A DNA stretch of 64,000 nucleotides from an uncultured Chitinophagaceae bacterium. GTDB taxonomy: Bacteria > Bacteroidota > Ignavibacteria > UBA10030 > UBA8401. The position numbers and the translations under genes were made by a program. The number at the start of each line of letters is the position of its first letter. The first letter of the stretch is position 1. The notes under the pieces are model-generated. The model had not been told where the DNA came from and ran no database searches. It saw only the letters and a list, made by a program, of their open reading frames with translations. Shown piece by piece: positions 47,664 to 57,465 of the stretch. The stretch lies in the NCBI GenBank assembly GCA_964409765.1, contig CAYPEM010000025.1, positions 49 through 64,048 of the forward strand, in the 5' to 3' direction.

Positions 47664-48596
47664 TTAAACAAATACTGCATCGTCGGAGAATCGATAGCCT
47701 CGCAAAAATTCTTCAGTGTTCATCCGTTTCTTCCCTTCCTTTTGGAGTTCAAGAATTTCAATCATCCCATCTGCAGTTCTTACAAATATTTTATTGTTGT
47801 CAATAACAATGGAACCGGGATTGAATTCAGAATTCTGGATTTTGGTTTCGGAATTCTTGGAACGGAATATCTTCAATTGTTTATCATTATGGACTGTCCA
47901 CGCAGCCGGATACGGTGAAAGACCACGGACAAAATTATGGATCTTCCTAACAGGTTGATTCCAGTCAATACGGCATGTTTCCTTAAAGATCTTCGGTGCA
48001 GGTGATGCAGAACTATTATCTTGTTGTTGGGGATTTACATTTCCCTTTTCAATTAACTGAACCGTATCCAGCACTGCCTGTGAACCAATTTTGGAAAGCG
48101 CATCGTGCAGATCTCCGGCAGTCATCTCTTCGGAAATTGCGATGCGTTTTTGAAGAATAATATTTCCCGTATCAACTTTATCCTGCAAAAAGAATGTTGT
48201 GACGCCTGATTCTTTTTCTCCGTTGATGATCGCCCAATTGATCGGGGCGGCTCCGCGATATTTTGGGAGCAACGAAGCATGAAGATTGAACGAGCCTTTT
48301 ATCGGAATCGAATACACTTCCTTCGGGAGAATTCTAAATGCCACAATAATAAACAGATCGGGTTTAAGATCAGTAAGGGTTGTAATGAACTGCGGATCTT
48401 TAAGAGAATCAGGCTGCAAAACGGGGATAGAATGTTTCTGTGTAAATTCTTTTACCGGTGTGTAACTGACTTGTTGACCACGTCCGCGAGGTTTATCTGG
48501 AGCGGTGACAACTGCGGAAATTGTGTAGTTGTTCTTCAATAATATCTCCAGACTTGGAACAGCAAAATCCGGAGTTCCCATAAAAACAATATTCAT
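47664..48596 (-). CDS. fmt: Methionyl-tRNA formyltransferase
   Basis: 310 aa. Contains MNIVFMGTPDFAVPSL and NLHASLLPKYRGAAPINWAI. Confidence 0.9.
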   Translation of the reverse strand: MNIVFMGTPDFAVPSLEILLKNNYTISAVVTAPDKPRGRGQQVSYTPVKEFTQKHSIPVLQPDSLKDPQFITTLTDLKPDLFIIVAFRILPKEVYSIPIKGSFNLHASLLPKYRGAAPINWAIINGEKESGVTTFFLQDKVDTGNIILQKRIAISEEMTAGDLHDALSKIGSQAVLDTVQLIEKGNVNPQQQDNSSASPAPKIFKETCRIDWNQPVRKIHNFVRGLSPYPAAWTVHNDKQLKIFRSKNSETKIQNSEFNPGSIVIDNNKIFVRTADGMIEILELQKEGKKRMNTEEFLRGYRFSDDAVFV

Positions 48597-48624
48597 TCAT
48601 TATCCAAGGCTGGAATTATCAGAG

Positions 48625-49209
48625 TTACATCGGTCTATTTTTCTTTGTGGATTTAGATTTTGGTTCACCCGGGATCACTACTTCGTATTGTGTTTCAACA
48701 TCACCCTTCGATATTTTCTTCAATCTCGAACGAAGCAATGTTCGTTTTGTAGAACTTAAATGGTCCAGGAACAGAACACCATTCAAATGATCGATCTCAT
48801 GAAGTAGCACTCTTGCTAACAATCCATCTGCTTCCACTTCACAATCGTTCATATTGATGTCGTGATATTTCAATCTGATCTTCTCGGCACGCCAGACTTT
48901 CTCCCGCACTTCAGGAATGCTTAGGCATCCCTCTTCCATTTCCCACTCACCATCTTCGTCAACAATTTCCGGATTGATAACAACCATTGGCTTGGTACCT
49001 TCTCCTGCTTCCATATCCGATATATCGACGACCAAGATCTGTTTCAATTCACCAACCTGGTTTGCAGCCAAACCGATGCCATTGGATTCATGCATAGTTT
49101 CAAACATATCCTTTACCAATTTGACATCAGTATCAGTCACTTCGGTAACCTTTTTCGCTTTTTTCTTTAAGACTTCATTTCCGTATAAATAGATTGGCAG
49201 TGTTGACAT
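48625..49209 (-). CDS. def: Peptide deformylase
   Basis: 194 aa. Contains GIGLAANQVG, EGCLSIP and HEIDHLNG. Confidence 0.9.
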   Translation of the reverse strand: MSTLPIYLYGNEVLKKKAKKVTEVTDTDVKLVKDMFETMHESNGIGLAANQVGELKQILVVDISDMEAGEGTKPMVVINPEIVDEDGEWEMEEGCLSIPEVREKVWRAEKIRLKYHDINMNDCEVEADGLLARVLLHEIDHLNGVLFLDHLSSTKRTLLRSRLKKISKGDVETQYEVVIPGEPKSKSTKKNRPM

Positions 49210-49221
49210 AATAGATCCGTA

Positions 49222-49932
49222 TTATTGAATAATTCTTCTTGCTTCAGTATACCGCTTTTTATAATAGGATGAATACAACGATGACAACGTAACGCCGAAA
49301 CTGACACTTGCATGTGCGAACATATCATCGCCGATATAGATCCCAACATGGGATGGATTTTGTCCCGTTGTATTAAAAAAAATCAAATCGCCGAACTTCA
49401 GATTATCCTGCGCTACTGCAGTGCCGAGTTTCATCTGCTGTTCTGTTGTTCTTGGCAACGAGATTCCGGCACTGGTTTTGAAGATTTCTTTTGAAAATGC
49501 TGAACAATCAATTCCGCTTTTCGTCTCCCCGCCGAGTTCATACGGAGTACCAAGCCATGCAAGTATCGCATCCATCATTTTTTGTTGTTCAAAACTTCCC
49601 GGTTCTGCAATTTCAGTCTTCTTGGAATCAACATTCTCTTTTTTTGGAGCAGCCGAAACAACTGATGATTTTGGCGCAGAGAATCTTTCACCAACTTTTT
49701 TTACATCGATTTTCTTGTCATCTTCCTTTGTTTCTTCTTCAACAACTTTGGAGGAAAACCGGACATTACCCTTTTTATTCTTTTTCGATTCCTTTTTACT
49801 ACTTTCATTCCCAGCAAAACGAGGAGATGAAGACCCACATCCGATAAGCCATAAGGAAAATAACAAAACAAAAAATGAAAAGCCCCCTCTCAGGACAAGA
49901 AGGGGCTTATGATATTGATCGAACGTCATCAC
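49222..49932 (-). CDS. NlpC/P60 (C40) cell-wall peptidase lipoprotein
   Basis: 236 aa. It has the lipobox LIGCGSS, a Lys-rich linker, the catalytic GIDCSAFS and HVGIYIG. Confidence 0.8.
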   Translation of the reverse strand: MMTFDQYHKPLLVLRGGFSFFVLLFSLWLIGCGSSSPRFAGNESSKKESKKNKKGNVRFSSKVVEEETKEDDKKIDVKKVGERFSAPKSSVVSAAPKKENVDSKKTEIAEPGSFEQQKMMDAILAWLGTPYELGGETKSGIDCSAFSKEIFKTSAGISLPRTTEQQMKLGTAVAQDNLKFGDLIFFNTTGQNPSHVGIYIGDDMFAHASVSFGVTLSSLYSSYYKKRYTEARRIIQ

Positions 49933-50790
49933 CTATCCGAGATACGAACGTAAATTTTTGCTTCGAGAAGCGTGTCTCAACCGACGGATCGCTTTTTCTT
50001 TAATCTGCCGGACACGTTCTCGTGTAAGATTGAACTTCTCGCCGATCTCTTCAAGCGTCAACGAATGTTCTTTGTGTAAACCAAAATATAGACGGATCAC
50101 TTCAGATTCCCGTTCACTTAACGTGGCCAATGCTCGTTTTACTTCTTCCTTCAACGATTCATCCATTAAAATCGAATCGGGAGCGGGTTGTCGTTCATCC
50201 TGAATAACATCAAGCAGGCGATTATCTTCTCCCTGTGCGAACGGCGCGTCAACGGAAAGATGTCTTCCGGAAATTTTCAAGGTATCCGCAACTTCGAATA
50301 CGGACATATCAAGTTCTTCTGCGAGTTCGCTTGCGCTCGGTTCTCGCTCGAATTCCTGCTCAAGCTGGCTGAAAGCTTTGCCGATCTTGTTCAATGCACC
50401 GACACGATTCAACGGAAGACGAACGATACGTGATTGTTCTGCCAACGCCTGAAGAATCGATTGACGGATCCACCACACTGCGTACGAAATGAATTTAAAT
50501 CCGCGAGTCTCATCAAAACGTTTTGCTGCTTTGATCAAACCAAGATTCCCTTCGTTGATCAAATCGCCTAACGACAATCCCTGGTTCTGATATTGTTTTG
50601 CAACGCTTACAACAAAACGAAGGTTTGCTTTTGTTAATTTCTCCAGTGCACGCTGTTCACCTTTTTTGATCCTCTTTGCAAGATCAATTTCTTCATCGGG
50701 AGTCAACAGATCGACTTTACCGATCTCCTGCAAATATTTATCAAGCGATTGGCTCTCTCTATTTGTATACTGTTTTGTAATTTTTACCAT
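49933..50790 (-). CDS. rpoD: Primary-type sigma-70 factor (short Bacteroidota/Chlorobi-like SigA)
   Basis: 285 aa. It has region 2 ([12 protein letters not shown]...[23 protein letters not shown]...[13 protein letters not shown]), region 3 and region 4 ([28 protein letters not shown]). Confidence 0.85.
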   Translation of the reverse strand: MVKITKQYTNRESQSLDKYLQEIGKVDLLTPDEEIDLAKRIKKGEQRALEKLTKANLRFVVSVAKQYQNQGLSLGDLINEGNLGLIKAAKRFDETRGFKFISYAVWWIRQSILQALAEQSRIVRLPLNRVGALNKIGKAFSQLEQEFEREPSASELAEELDMSVFEVADTLKISGRHLSVDAPFAQGEDNRLLDVIQDERQPAPDSILMDESLKEEVKRALATLSERESEVIRLYFGLHKEHSLTLEEIGEKFNLTRERVRQIKEKAIRRLRHASRSKNLRSYLG

Positions 50791-50832
50791 TACTGCTTCA
50801 CCTTACGTTTATCGTATCCTGTAAAAAATGAG

Positions 50833-51216
50833 TTACATTCCTTTTAAAACTTTTACTACTTGTAAATTTTTAATCCTTGAAAACCGTTTTGGATTCAACG
50901 TCAAAATCGGCAGTTTGCTTTCGATACAAACACCTGCGATCAACGCTGAGAAGTCTCTTGTTGTTGACGAAACAACTGCCGCAATATTCTTTGCGCTCTT
51001 TGAGTTTATTCCCAGTACTTTCATTGCACTCAGTGCATCTTCTATCGACTGCGTCTCTTTTAGACTCTTTGAAACGGCAAATAGTTCAATCGCATTGAAT
51101 ACGGTCGTATAACAGAAATATTCTTTTGACAATCCTCTCAGAATCGATTCATTCTGCTCGGTTATTAAATGGTCAGCTATAATGCTTGAATCTACGACTA
51201 TTTTTTTCATTGTCAC
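50833..51216 (-). CDS. PIN-domain protein (VapC-like toxin)
   Basis: 127 aa. KIVVDSSIIADHL supplies the first acidic residue, AIELF the second and DFSALIAG the third. The fourth position reads LTLNPKRF (Asn rather than Asp). Confidence 0.6.
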   Translation of the reverse strand: MTMKKIVVDSSIIADHLITEQNESILRGLSKEYFCYTTVFNAIELFAVSKSLKETQSIEDALSAMKVLGINSKSAKNIAAVVSSTTRDFSALIAGVCIESKLPILTLNPKRFSRIKNLQVVKVLKGM

Positions 51217-51512
51217 ACAATTACTTGTTGTAGTCGTTTTGCAAATCTTTTATTCCTGTTCATGACCCCTTGAGAAGCAAGAAATGTCATTACATGCTGA
51301 CGATCTTCCAGTTGTATTTTTCCGATCTCCTCGATCTCTGCTTCCGTCACTTTCAACTTCGTCAATTGTTCTGATAATACTCCGCCGAATATATTAACAG
51401 TTACTTTCTCTCCCGGTTTCAATTGAAGTTCTCCCGCCGGCATCGAGAATGAAATTCTCCCTTGATTGTCAACTTCTGCCTCAAATTGAATGCTGTGTTT
51501 TGCTTTTTCCAT
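51213..51512 (-). CDS. AbrB/SpoVT-like small protein (VapB-like antitoxin candidate)
   Basis: 99 aa. GRISFSMPAGELQLKPGEKVTVNI resembles a swapped-hairpin AbrB fold. There is a 4-nt overlap with the PIN gene. Confidence 0.5.
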   Translation of the reverse strand: MEKAKHSIQFEAEVDNQGRISFSMPAGELQLKPGEKVTVNIFGGVLSEQLTKLKVTEAEIEEIGKIQLEDRQHVMTFLASQGVMNRNKRFAKRLQQVIV

Positions 51513-51513
51513 T

Positions 51514-52701
51514 CTAAAGAACCTGCGTTAAAAAGCTTGAGCCGCTTAATTCTTTTCCTTCAAAGCCAAAATAGTCAACAACTGTTTTACCAAGATCGGC
51601 AAACGTCTCACGTATCCCGATATTCACATTCCTTTTTCCATTTGGAGAATACGCGATCAAAGGAACATACTCTCGTGAATGGTCGGTGCTATGATCGGTC
51701 GGATCGTTGCCGTGATCAGCGGTGAGCAGGAGAATATCATCATCCTTCATTGTCTCAAGAATTCTTGGCAGCTGAACATCAAAATATTCCAACGCTTCTT
51801 TCATCCCTTTGGGATCCTGGCGATGACCAAACAATGCGTCGAAATCTACAAGATTCGTAAAAATAAATCCGGTCGTCGTTTTTTTTGCCCACCGAATCGT
51901 CTCTTCAATTCCTTCGGCATTCGATGTTGTATGGATCTTTTCACTCAGACTCTTCCCAGCAAATAAATCGTCGATCTTTCCAATCGCAACTGTCGAAATT
52001 TTATGTTCGAACAATATATCGAGCATTGTTGTGCTCGGCGGAATTAATGAAAAATCTCTTCGATTTGTTGTCCGCTTATAGTTCCCATTTGATCCGATAA
52101 ACGGTCGAGCGATCACCCTTCCAACCGCGTGTTGTCCGATCATTACTTCATTTCGGGCGATGATGCAAAGTTCATACAAACGTTCCAACGGAATCACTTG
52201 TTCATTCGCTGCAATTTGAAATACAGAATCTGCAGAAGTATAAACGATCGGATTGCCGGTTCGCTCGTGTTCTGCACCAAGCTGCGCAATGATTTCAGTT
52301 CCAGAAGCCGGTTTGTTTCCCAGAATTCCTTTACAACCGGTCAATGCACAAAATTTTTCAACAACATCGTTTGGAAACCCGTTCGGATAATACGGAAAAT
52401 CTTTTTCCAACACTATACCGGACATTTCCCAATGTCCAGTGGTACTGTCTTTCCCTTTGGAAACCTCTCGCATCTTTCCAAAATTTGCTGATGCGTTGCT
52501 AGTAGATGGAACACCTTCAATTTTAGCAATGTTCCCCAATCCTAGCGCACCCATATTGGGGAGATGTAATCCACCCATTACTGCAGCTGTATTGCTCAAT
52601 GTATTTGATGCTTCGTCGTTATAGATTTTCGCATCGGGAGCAGCGCCGATGCCCACACCATCAAGTACGATACAAACTATTTTGCCATTTCTTTTCATCA
52701 A
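51514..52701 (-). CDS. deoB: Phosphopentomutase
   Basis: 395 aa. Contains IVLDGVGIGAAPDA, LVDFDALFGHR and LLTADHGNDPT. Confidence 0.9.
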   Translation of the reverse strand: MMKRNGKIVCIVLDGVGIGAAPDAKIYNDEASNTLSNTAAVMGGLHLPNMGALGLGNIAKIEGVPSTSNASANFGKMREVSKGKDSTTGHWEMSGIVLEKDFPYYPNGFPNDVVEKFCALTGCKGILGNKPASGTEIIAQLGAEHERTGNPIVYTSADSVFQIAANEQVIPLERLYELCIIARNEVMIGQHAVGRVIARPFIGSNGNYKRTTNRRDFSLIPPSTTMLDILFEHKISTVAIGKIDDLFAGKSLSEKIHTTSNAEGIEETIRWAKKTTTGFIFTNLVDFDALFGHRQDPKGMKEALEYFDVQLPRILETMKDDDILLLTADHGNDPTDHSTDHSREYVPLIAYSPNGKRNVNIGIRETFADLGKTVVDYFGFEGKELSGSSFLTQVL

Positions 52702-54608
52702 AAAACTCTGGCGATATTTCCACCTGCTTTTTTCGCCTGTTCTAATACGTGCGAGACATTCTTGATCAGATCCTCGCTTGACATTTTTGCTGCCGCACCG
52801 CTGATGCCGATAGTAACCGACAGTGAGAAACTTCTTTTATCGACGGAAACGATACTTCCCGAAATTGCAGTGCGCAATTTTTCCGCCCACATAAATGCAT
52901 CATTGGCGATCGTGTCGCCGAGGATCACGGCAAAAGTAGAGCTATCATATCTCCCGACAACATCATATGGTCGGACGCTCGCGCGGAGATGCCGGGCAAC
53001 ATGGACGAGTGCTGCATCTTTTCCTTCAGCACCATATCGATGTTCGATGTCATTAAGATTGGAAACAGAAACGAATACCAGGCTTAGATCCTCTTCACGG
53101 TCTGTTGCTCGATACAATTCTTCATTCAATCGTTCTGTAAAATATTTTTTCGATAATGTTCCGGTCTGCTCATCGATGGCAATGTGTTCGCCAAGGATCA
53201 TATTCAATTCAGCGATCTCAAACGCAGGAGCGACGGTCGTAGAAAGAGATTGAATTGACGAGATGTCCTTTTTCGAGAATGAATTCGATTTCCGGTTCGA
53301 CACTACTACTGCGCCAAAACACTTTCCGCCGGATGAGAACGGTATCGATACCAGTGTTCCTTGTTTCAACACTTCCGAGGATCGTTCACTTTCGTTGAAG
53401 ATTGGTTTTGAATTCTGCGCCAGATTGATCGTCTGAACACTGTTTGTTTTTATCGAAAGTCCGACAATGCTTCCGTTAAAATCAATCAATTGTTTCGGAG
53501 AGACGAATCGATCATTTCCCCTCACCCGTACCGAGGCTACTGCCCATGCGCGTTGACCTTCATCGAACAGCACAACACTGATCGAATCCCAAGAGAGGAT
53601 ATTCTCCAGCTCTTCAGCCAACGAATTGATGATCAATGTTACCGAGGGCTGAACGGAGATCTTTTTTTTCAGTTGCGTATCTGCTTCAACTAATTTTACG
53701 TCTGCGAAAAGATCATATTTTTCCGTATAACTGAGGAGTAATGATGAGATCAATTTTGACGTATGCGAAAGGATTGCGAATGTTTCATCCCCGTATGCAT
53801 CTTCCGCTTTGCTGTCCACAGCCAACACTGCAATCGGGGATTGTGCTGCAGTATCACCTGAATAATAAATCGGTACGCCGATAAATGATTTTACATCCTG
53901 TAAATTCTTATAATAACAAAGAACATCACGTTCGGTCTCCGGCAAAATATTGTTGACAACCTGCGGCTGCCCGTTCATCCCTATTTTACTTACCACATCC
54001 AATCCAAGCGGAATTTTCCGATCCTGCGTGAACGCATCGCTGTCGGAAATTTTTCCTTCAATGATCAACTGACGTGTTTCAGTTTTCACCCAAAAAAATG
54101 CAACGGAGTGTGCAAAGCATACTTCTTTGACAATTGCTAAAACTTTTAGAAGCAGATTATTAAATTCACTTTGGGGTTCTGCCTGACTCATTGATGTTGT
54201 TTGTTTCTCCTCAAAAAAATCTGCTGCAGAAATTCTTGTGCGAGCTTGCTGCGGCTGTTGGTGCTGCGGTACAAATTCTGTTCGCTTAAATTGAAATTGC
54301 TCTCGTTCCTCTGTTGGTCCTTCTTCCATTAACCGTTCTTCAATTTCTTGTTCACGGTCTTCATCAAGATAGGATTCTGCAGAACCATCTTCGTTGCTTC
54401 GTTCTTCACTGTTCCCTGTTTTTTCGCGATAACTGAAATATGTTATATAGAAAAGAAAAGCACCGATACCAACGGCTGCGATGCTGGTCAACGGTACTTT
54501 ACTGAACATGCCTAAAAATACGAGAAGGACTCCAACGCCAGCCAGAACGACCTCTTCTAATAATCCTTTGATATTAGAATGGACGATTTCCTGCTGATTT
54601 GCCTGCAT
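52698..54608 (-). CDS. Membrane-anchored GAF-GAF protein with a degenerate GGDEF domain
   Basis: 636 aa. It has two TM helices, an acidic linker, two GAF-like regions and a C-terminal GGDEF fold. In that fold the A-site reads GRYDSSTFAV, while an RxxD motif (RPYD) sits five residues upstream. Confidence 0.75.
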   Translation of the reverse strand: MQANQQEIVHSNIKGLLEEVVLAGVGVLLVFLGMFSKVPLTSIAAVGIGAFLFYITYFSYREKTGNSEERSNEDGSAESYLDEDREQEIEERLMEEGPTEEREQFQFKRTEFVPQHQQPQQARTRISAADFFEEKQTTSMSQAEPQSEFNNLLLKVLAIVKEVCFAHSVAFFWVKTETRQLIIEGKISDSDAFTQDRKIPLGLDVVSKIGMNGQPQVVNNILPETERDVLCYYKNLQDVKSFIGVPIYYSGDTAAQSPIAVLAVDSKAEDAYGDETFAILSHTSKLISSLLLSYTEKYDLFADVKLVEADTQLKKKISVQPSVTLIINSLAEELENILSWDSISVVLFDEGQRAWAVASVRVRGNDRFVSPKQLIDFNGSIVGLSIKTNSVQTINLAQNSKPIFNESERSSEVLKQGTLVSIPFSSGGKCFGAVVVSNRKSNSFSKKDISSIQSLSTTVAPAFEIAELNMILGEHIAIDEQTGTLSKKYFTERLNEELYRATDREEDLSLVFVSVSNLNDIEHRYGAEGKDAALVHVARHLRASVRPYDVVGRYDSSTFAVILGDTIANDAFMWAEKLRTAISGSIVSVDKRSFSLSVTIGISGAAAKMSSEDLIKNVSHVLEQAKKAGGNIARVF

Positions 54609-54848
54609 TAATGAGTCCTTGTTCGTTTAGAAATCGCAAAAAACTTGACTAATTTATCGAAATTTGAACGCAAAGTCAACGATGATTTCAGGTCAAAAAT
54701 AATTCACAATTACAATTTGAATAGTTTTTCAGAAAGGATCTTAAAGAGAAACCACAAAAAAACAATTCAATTTTAGGTATTGCGCTCTTTTCATTTTTTA
54801 CCTACACTTCAATAACGCAACTCCTTCTCACTAAACCGAGTATCCGCT

Positions 54849-57362
54849 ATGAAAGCAGTCATTATGTCCGGAGGTTTCGGTACCAGACTCCGACCTCTTA
54901 CGTGCAACATTCCCAAACCAATGGTTCCGATGATGAACAAACCGATGATGCAGCATATCGTCGATCTGCTGAAAAAACATGGGATCACAGAAATTGTCTC
55001 AACATTGTTTTACCAGCCGGAGATCATCACCGGATATTTTGGAGATGGCGCAAAGTTTGGAATTAACATGCAATATCGAAAAGCTGAAGCTGATTATGGA
55101 ACTGCAGGAAGTGTACGCAATGCAGCAGATTTTCTTGATGAGAGATTCATCGTCATCAGCGGCGATGTGTTGACCGATTTCGATCTGACCAAAGCTATTG
55201 AATTCCACGAACAGAAAAAAGCAAAGGCTACTCTCGTCCTAACGCGAGCAACAAATCCATTGGCGTTCGGTGTTGTCATCACCGATAACAGCGGTAAGAT
55301 CACCCGTTTTCTGGAAAAACCATCATGGGGTGAAGTGTTCAGCGATACGATCAACACCGGGATTTATATCATTGAACCGGAAGTGTTAAAACTGATCCCT
55401 TATCAAAAGGAATTTGATTTCAGCAAAAATCTTTTTCCTGCAATGCTTGAACAGGATATGGGTTTGTACGGATATATTGCCGAAGGTTATTGGCGCGACG
55501 TTGGTAACTTGAATGAATATCAGGAAGCACACCTTGATGCACTAGATGATGGCGTGAAACTGGTGCATGAAGGCAATATGGTTGGTAGTGCATTTGTAGG
55601 TTCGAACACGATGATTGAAACTGCAGTCGAAAACTTACAAGGCAAAGTACTTGTCGGAAAGAATTGCAGGATCGGAAAGAATGCAAAGATCATCAAATCC
55701 GTGATTGGAAACGATTGCGTGATCGATGACGGTGCAGTGATCCGTAATTCCGTTGTATGGTCCGATTCAAAGATTGGAAAAGGTGCTGAACTCACTTCAT
55801 GTGTAGTTGCAAAATGGTGTACGATCGGTGATTACGCGATTGTCAGCGATAATGTCTTCATATCAGATAAATGCGTGATCGGTGCCGAGAGCCGGCTTGC
55901 ACCGAATATAAAACTATGGCCAGGAAAAGAAGTTGAAGAAGGTGCAATACTCACTCGCTCACTGGTGTGGGAAGATAAATGGCTTAAGGATCTTTTTACC
56001 GATGCACGAATAACAGGACTTTCTAATATAGAGATGAACCCTGAGTTTGGTGCAAAGATCGGTGCTGCATTTGGAGCACTGGCAGGAAAAGGAAAATCTA
56101 TTTTAATGAGCCGCGATTCCGATAACGTATCGCGAATGATGAACCGAGCCATCATGTGCGGATTAATGTCTGCTGGAGTCGATGCAGGTGATCTTCGTGC
56201 GGTTTCAATCCCGATCCTACGGCAGGAACTCCGAAGCGGTAAAAATTCCGGCGGAATCCATGTCCGCAAATCTCCTGTGGACAAAAATCTGACCGATATT
56301 ATTTTCTTCGATGGAAAAGGAAAAGATCTACCCTCAAGCAAAACAAAATCGATGGAACGGCTATTTTTCGGTGAGGACTTTCCCCGGGCAAAACAAGATG
56401 ATGTCGGAGGAGTAACGTTCCCGGAACGGGCTCAAGAAAGTTATATCCAAAAATTTCTCTCAACGCTCAATGTTGAGGCAATTTCGCAGAGTAAGTTTAA
56501 ACTAGTGGTAGATTATTCCAGCGGTATCGCTTCATCAATTTTCCCAAATATTCTCGGATCTTTTAATTCGCAGGTCCTTTCTCAAAATGCCTACCTTGAT
56601 GCAAAAAAAATAACGCGCAATCAAGAGGATCTCGATCTCAGTATCGCACAGTTATCCCATATTGTAACGTCATTAGGGTACGATGTCGGTTTTCTTCTCG
56701 ATGCCGGTGCTGAACGTTGTTTGATCGTGGATGAAAATGGAAAATTCGTTGAGACCGACCGTCTGCTCACTCTTGTTACTCATCTTTTCCTTACCGTGTA
56801 TCCGGATGTAAAGAAGATCGCTGTACCGATCACTGCTTCGGCAGAGATCGACCTGATCGCCGAGCATATGGGTGTTGAAGTAGTGAAAACACGCGACAGC
56901 CATTTATCACTGATGGAAGCTGCGGTCAAAGACGATATCAAATTTGTCGGTGGAACTAAAGGAGGATTCATTTTCCCTGATTTCCTTTTTGCAAGTGACG
57001 GAATGTACTCCGTTGCAAAGATCCTGGAAATGCTCGCACTTGCAGGAACTCGTTTTGGTCAATTAGACAAACAGGTTCCGCGGCTTCACATGAATAAAAA
57101 AGCAATTCATGTTCCGTGGGATAAAAAAGGCCGCGTCATGCGGTACCTAATGAAAGATACGGATAATCAACCGCATAGAATTCTTCTGGACGGAGTGAAA
57201 CTAATTCTAGATAATAAACAATCGACGTCGGTGATGATGTGGCCGGACAGAGCGAAACAGTTATTCCATGTCCATACGGAATCAGCAGACCGGGAACTAG
57301 CAGAGATACTTGTTTCTCAATATGAAGAGAAGATCGTCGAATGGCGAGACACTCAAGATTGA
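54849..57362 (+). CDS. Sugar-1-phosphate nucleotidyltransferase (NTP-transferase plus left-handed beta-helix) fused to a PGM/PMM-fold domain
   Basis: 837 aa. N-terminus MKAVIMSGGFGTRLRPLT, with hexapeptide repeats at about residues 250-340. The C-terminal roughly 450 aa follows the four-domain phosphohexomutase layout, but its signature loops are non-canonical. Confidence 0.8.
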   Translation: MKAVIMSGGFGTRLRPLTCNIPKPMVPMMNKPMMQHIVDLLKKHGITEIVSTLFYQPEIITGYFGDGAKFGINMQYRKAEADYGTAGSVRNAADFLDERFIVISGDVLTDFDLTKAIEFHEQKKAKATLVLTRATNPLAFGVVITDNSGKITRFLEKPSWGEVFSDTINTGIYIIEPEVLKLIPYQKEFDFSKNLFPAMLEQDMGLYGYIAEGYWRDVGNLNEYQEAHLDALDDGVKLVHEGNMVGSAFVGSNTMIETAVENLQGKVLVGKNCRIGKNAKIIKSVIGNDCVIDDGAVIRNSVVWSDSKIGKGAELTSCVVAKWCTIGDYAIVSDNVFISDKCVIGAESRLAPNIKLWPGKEVEEGAILTRSLVWEDKWLKDLFTDARITGLSNIEMNPEFGAKIGAAFGALAGKGKSILMSRDSDNVSRMMNRAIMCGLMSAGVDAGDLRAVSIPILRQELRSGKNSGGIHVRKSPVDKNLTDIIFFDGKGKDLPSSKTKSMERLFFGEDFPRAKQDDVGGVTFPERAQESYIQKFLSTLNVEAISQSKFKLVVDYSSGIASSIFPNILGSFNSQVLSQNAYLDAKKITRNQEDLDLSIAQLSHIVTSLGYDVGFLLDAGAERCLIVDENGKFVETDRLLTLVTHLFLTVYPDVKKIAVPITASAEIDLIAEHMGVEVVKTRDSHLSLMEAAVKDDIKFVGGTKGGFIFPDFLFASDGMYSVAKILEMLALAGTRFGQLDKQVPRLHMNKKAIHVPWDKKGRVMRYLMKDTDNQPHRILLDGVKLILDNKQSTSVMMWPDRAKQLFHVHTESADRELAEILVSQYEEKIVEWRDTQD

Positions 57363-57465
57363 GCGTGCTAGAATTTTTGCTACCATTTAGAGGTCGAAAG
57401 TCGTATATTTTACAGCCGGATCAGGGTTGACATCGGTTGATATTTTTTTGGAGATCAAGAAAAAA

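Noticed and set aside
49421-49912. Long antisense ORFs. Examples: 49421-49912 (+), 52762-53253 (+), 55832-56341 (-), 42650-43171 (+), 36623-36985 (-), 1368-1778 (+), 6784-7206 (+), 28562-28972 (+) and 20009-20377 (+).
   Set aside because: Each lies entirely opposite a longer ORF with clear family motifs. Their translations are low-complexity (Ser/Phe/Ile/Leu-rich) and have no recognisable motifs, start context or signal. They are typical shadow ORFs.
54609-54848. A 240-bp AT-rich divergent intergenic region at the major minus-to-plus strand switch, with parAB about 8 kb away, considered as a possible replication origin.
   Set aside because: I found only weak DnaA-box-like strings (TAATTCACA and GAAACCACA, each with at least 2 mismatches to TTATCCACA). 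There is no cluster of boxes and no dnaA or dnaN nearby. An ordinary divergent promoter region is the simpler explanation.
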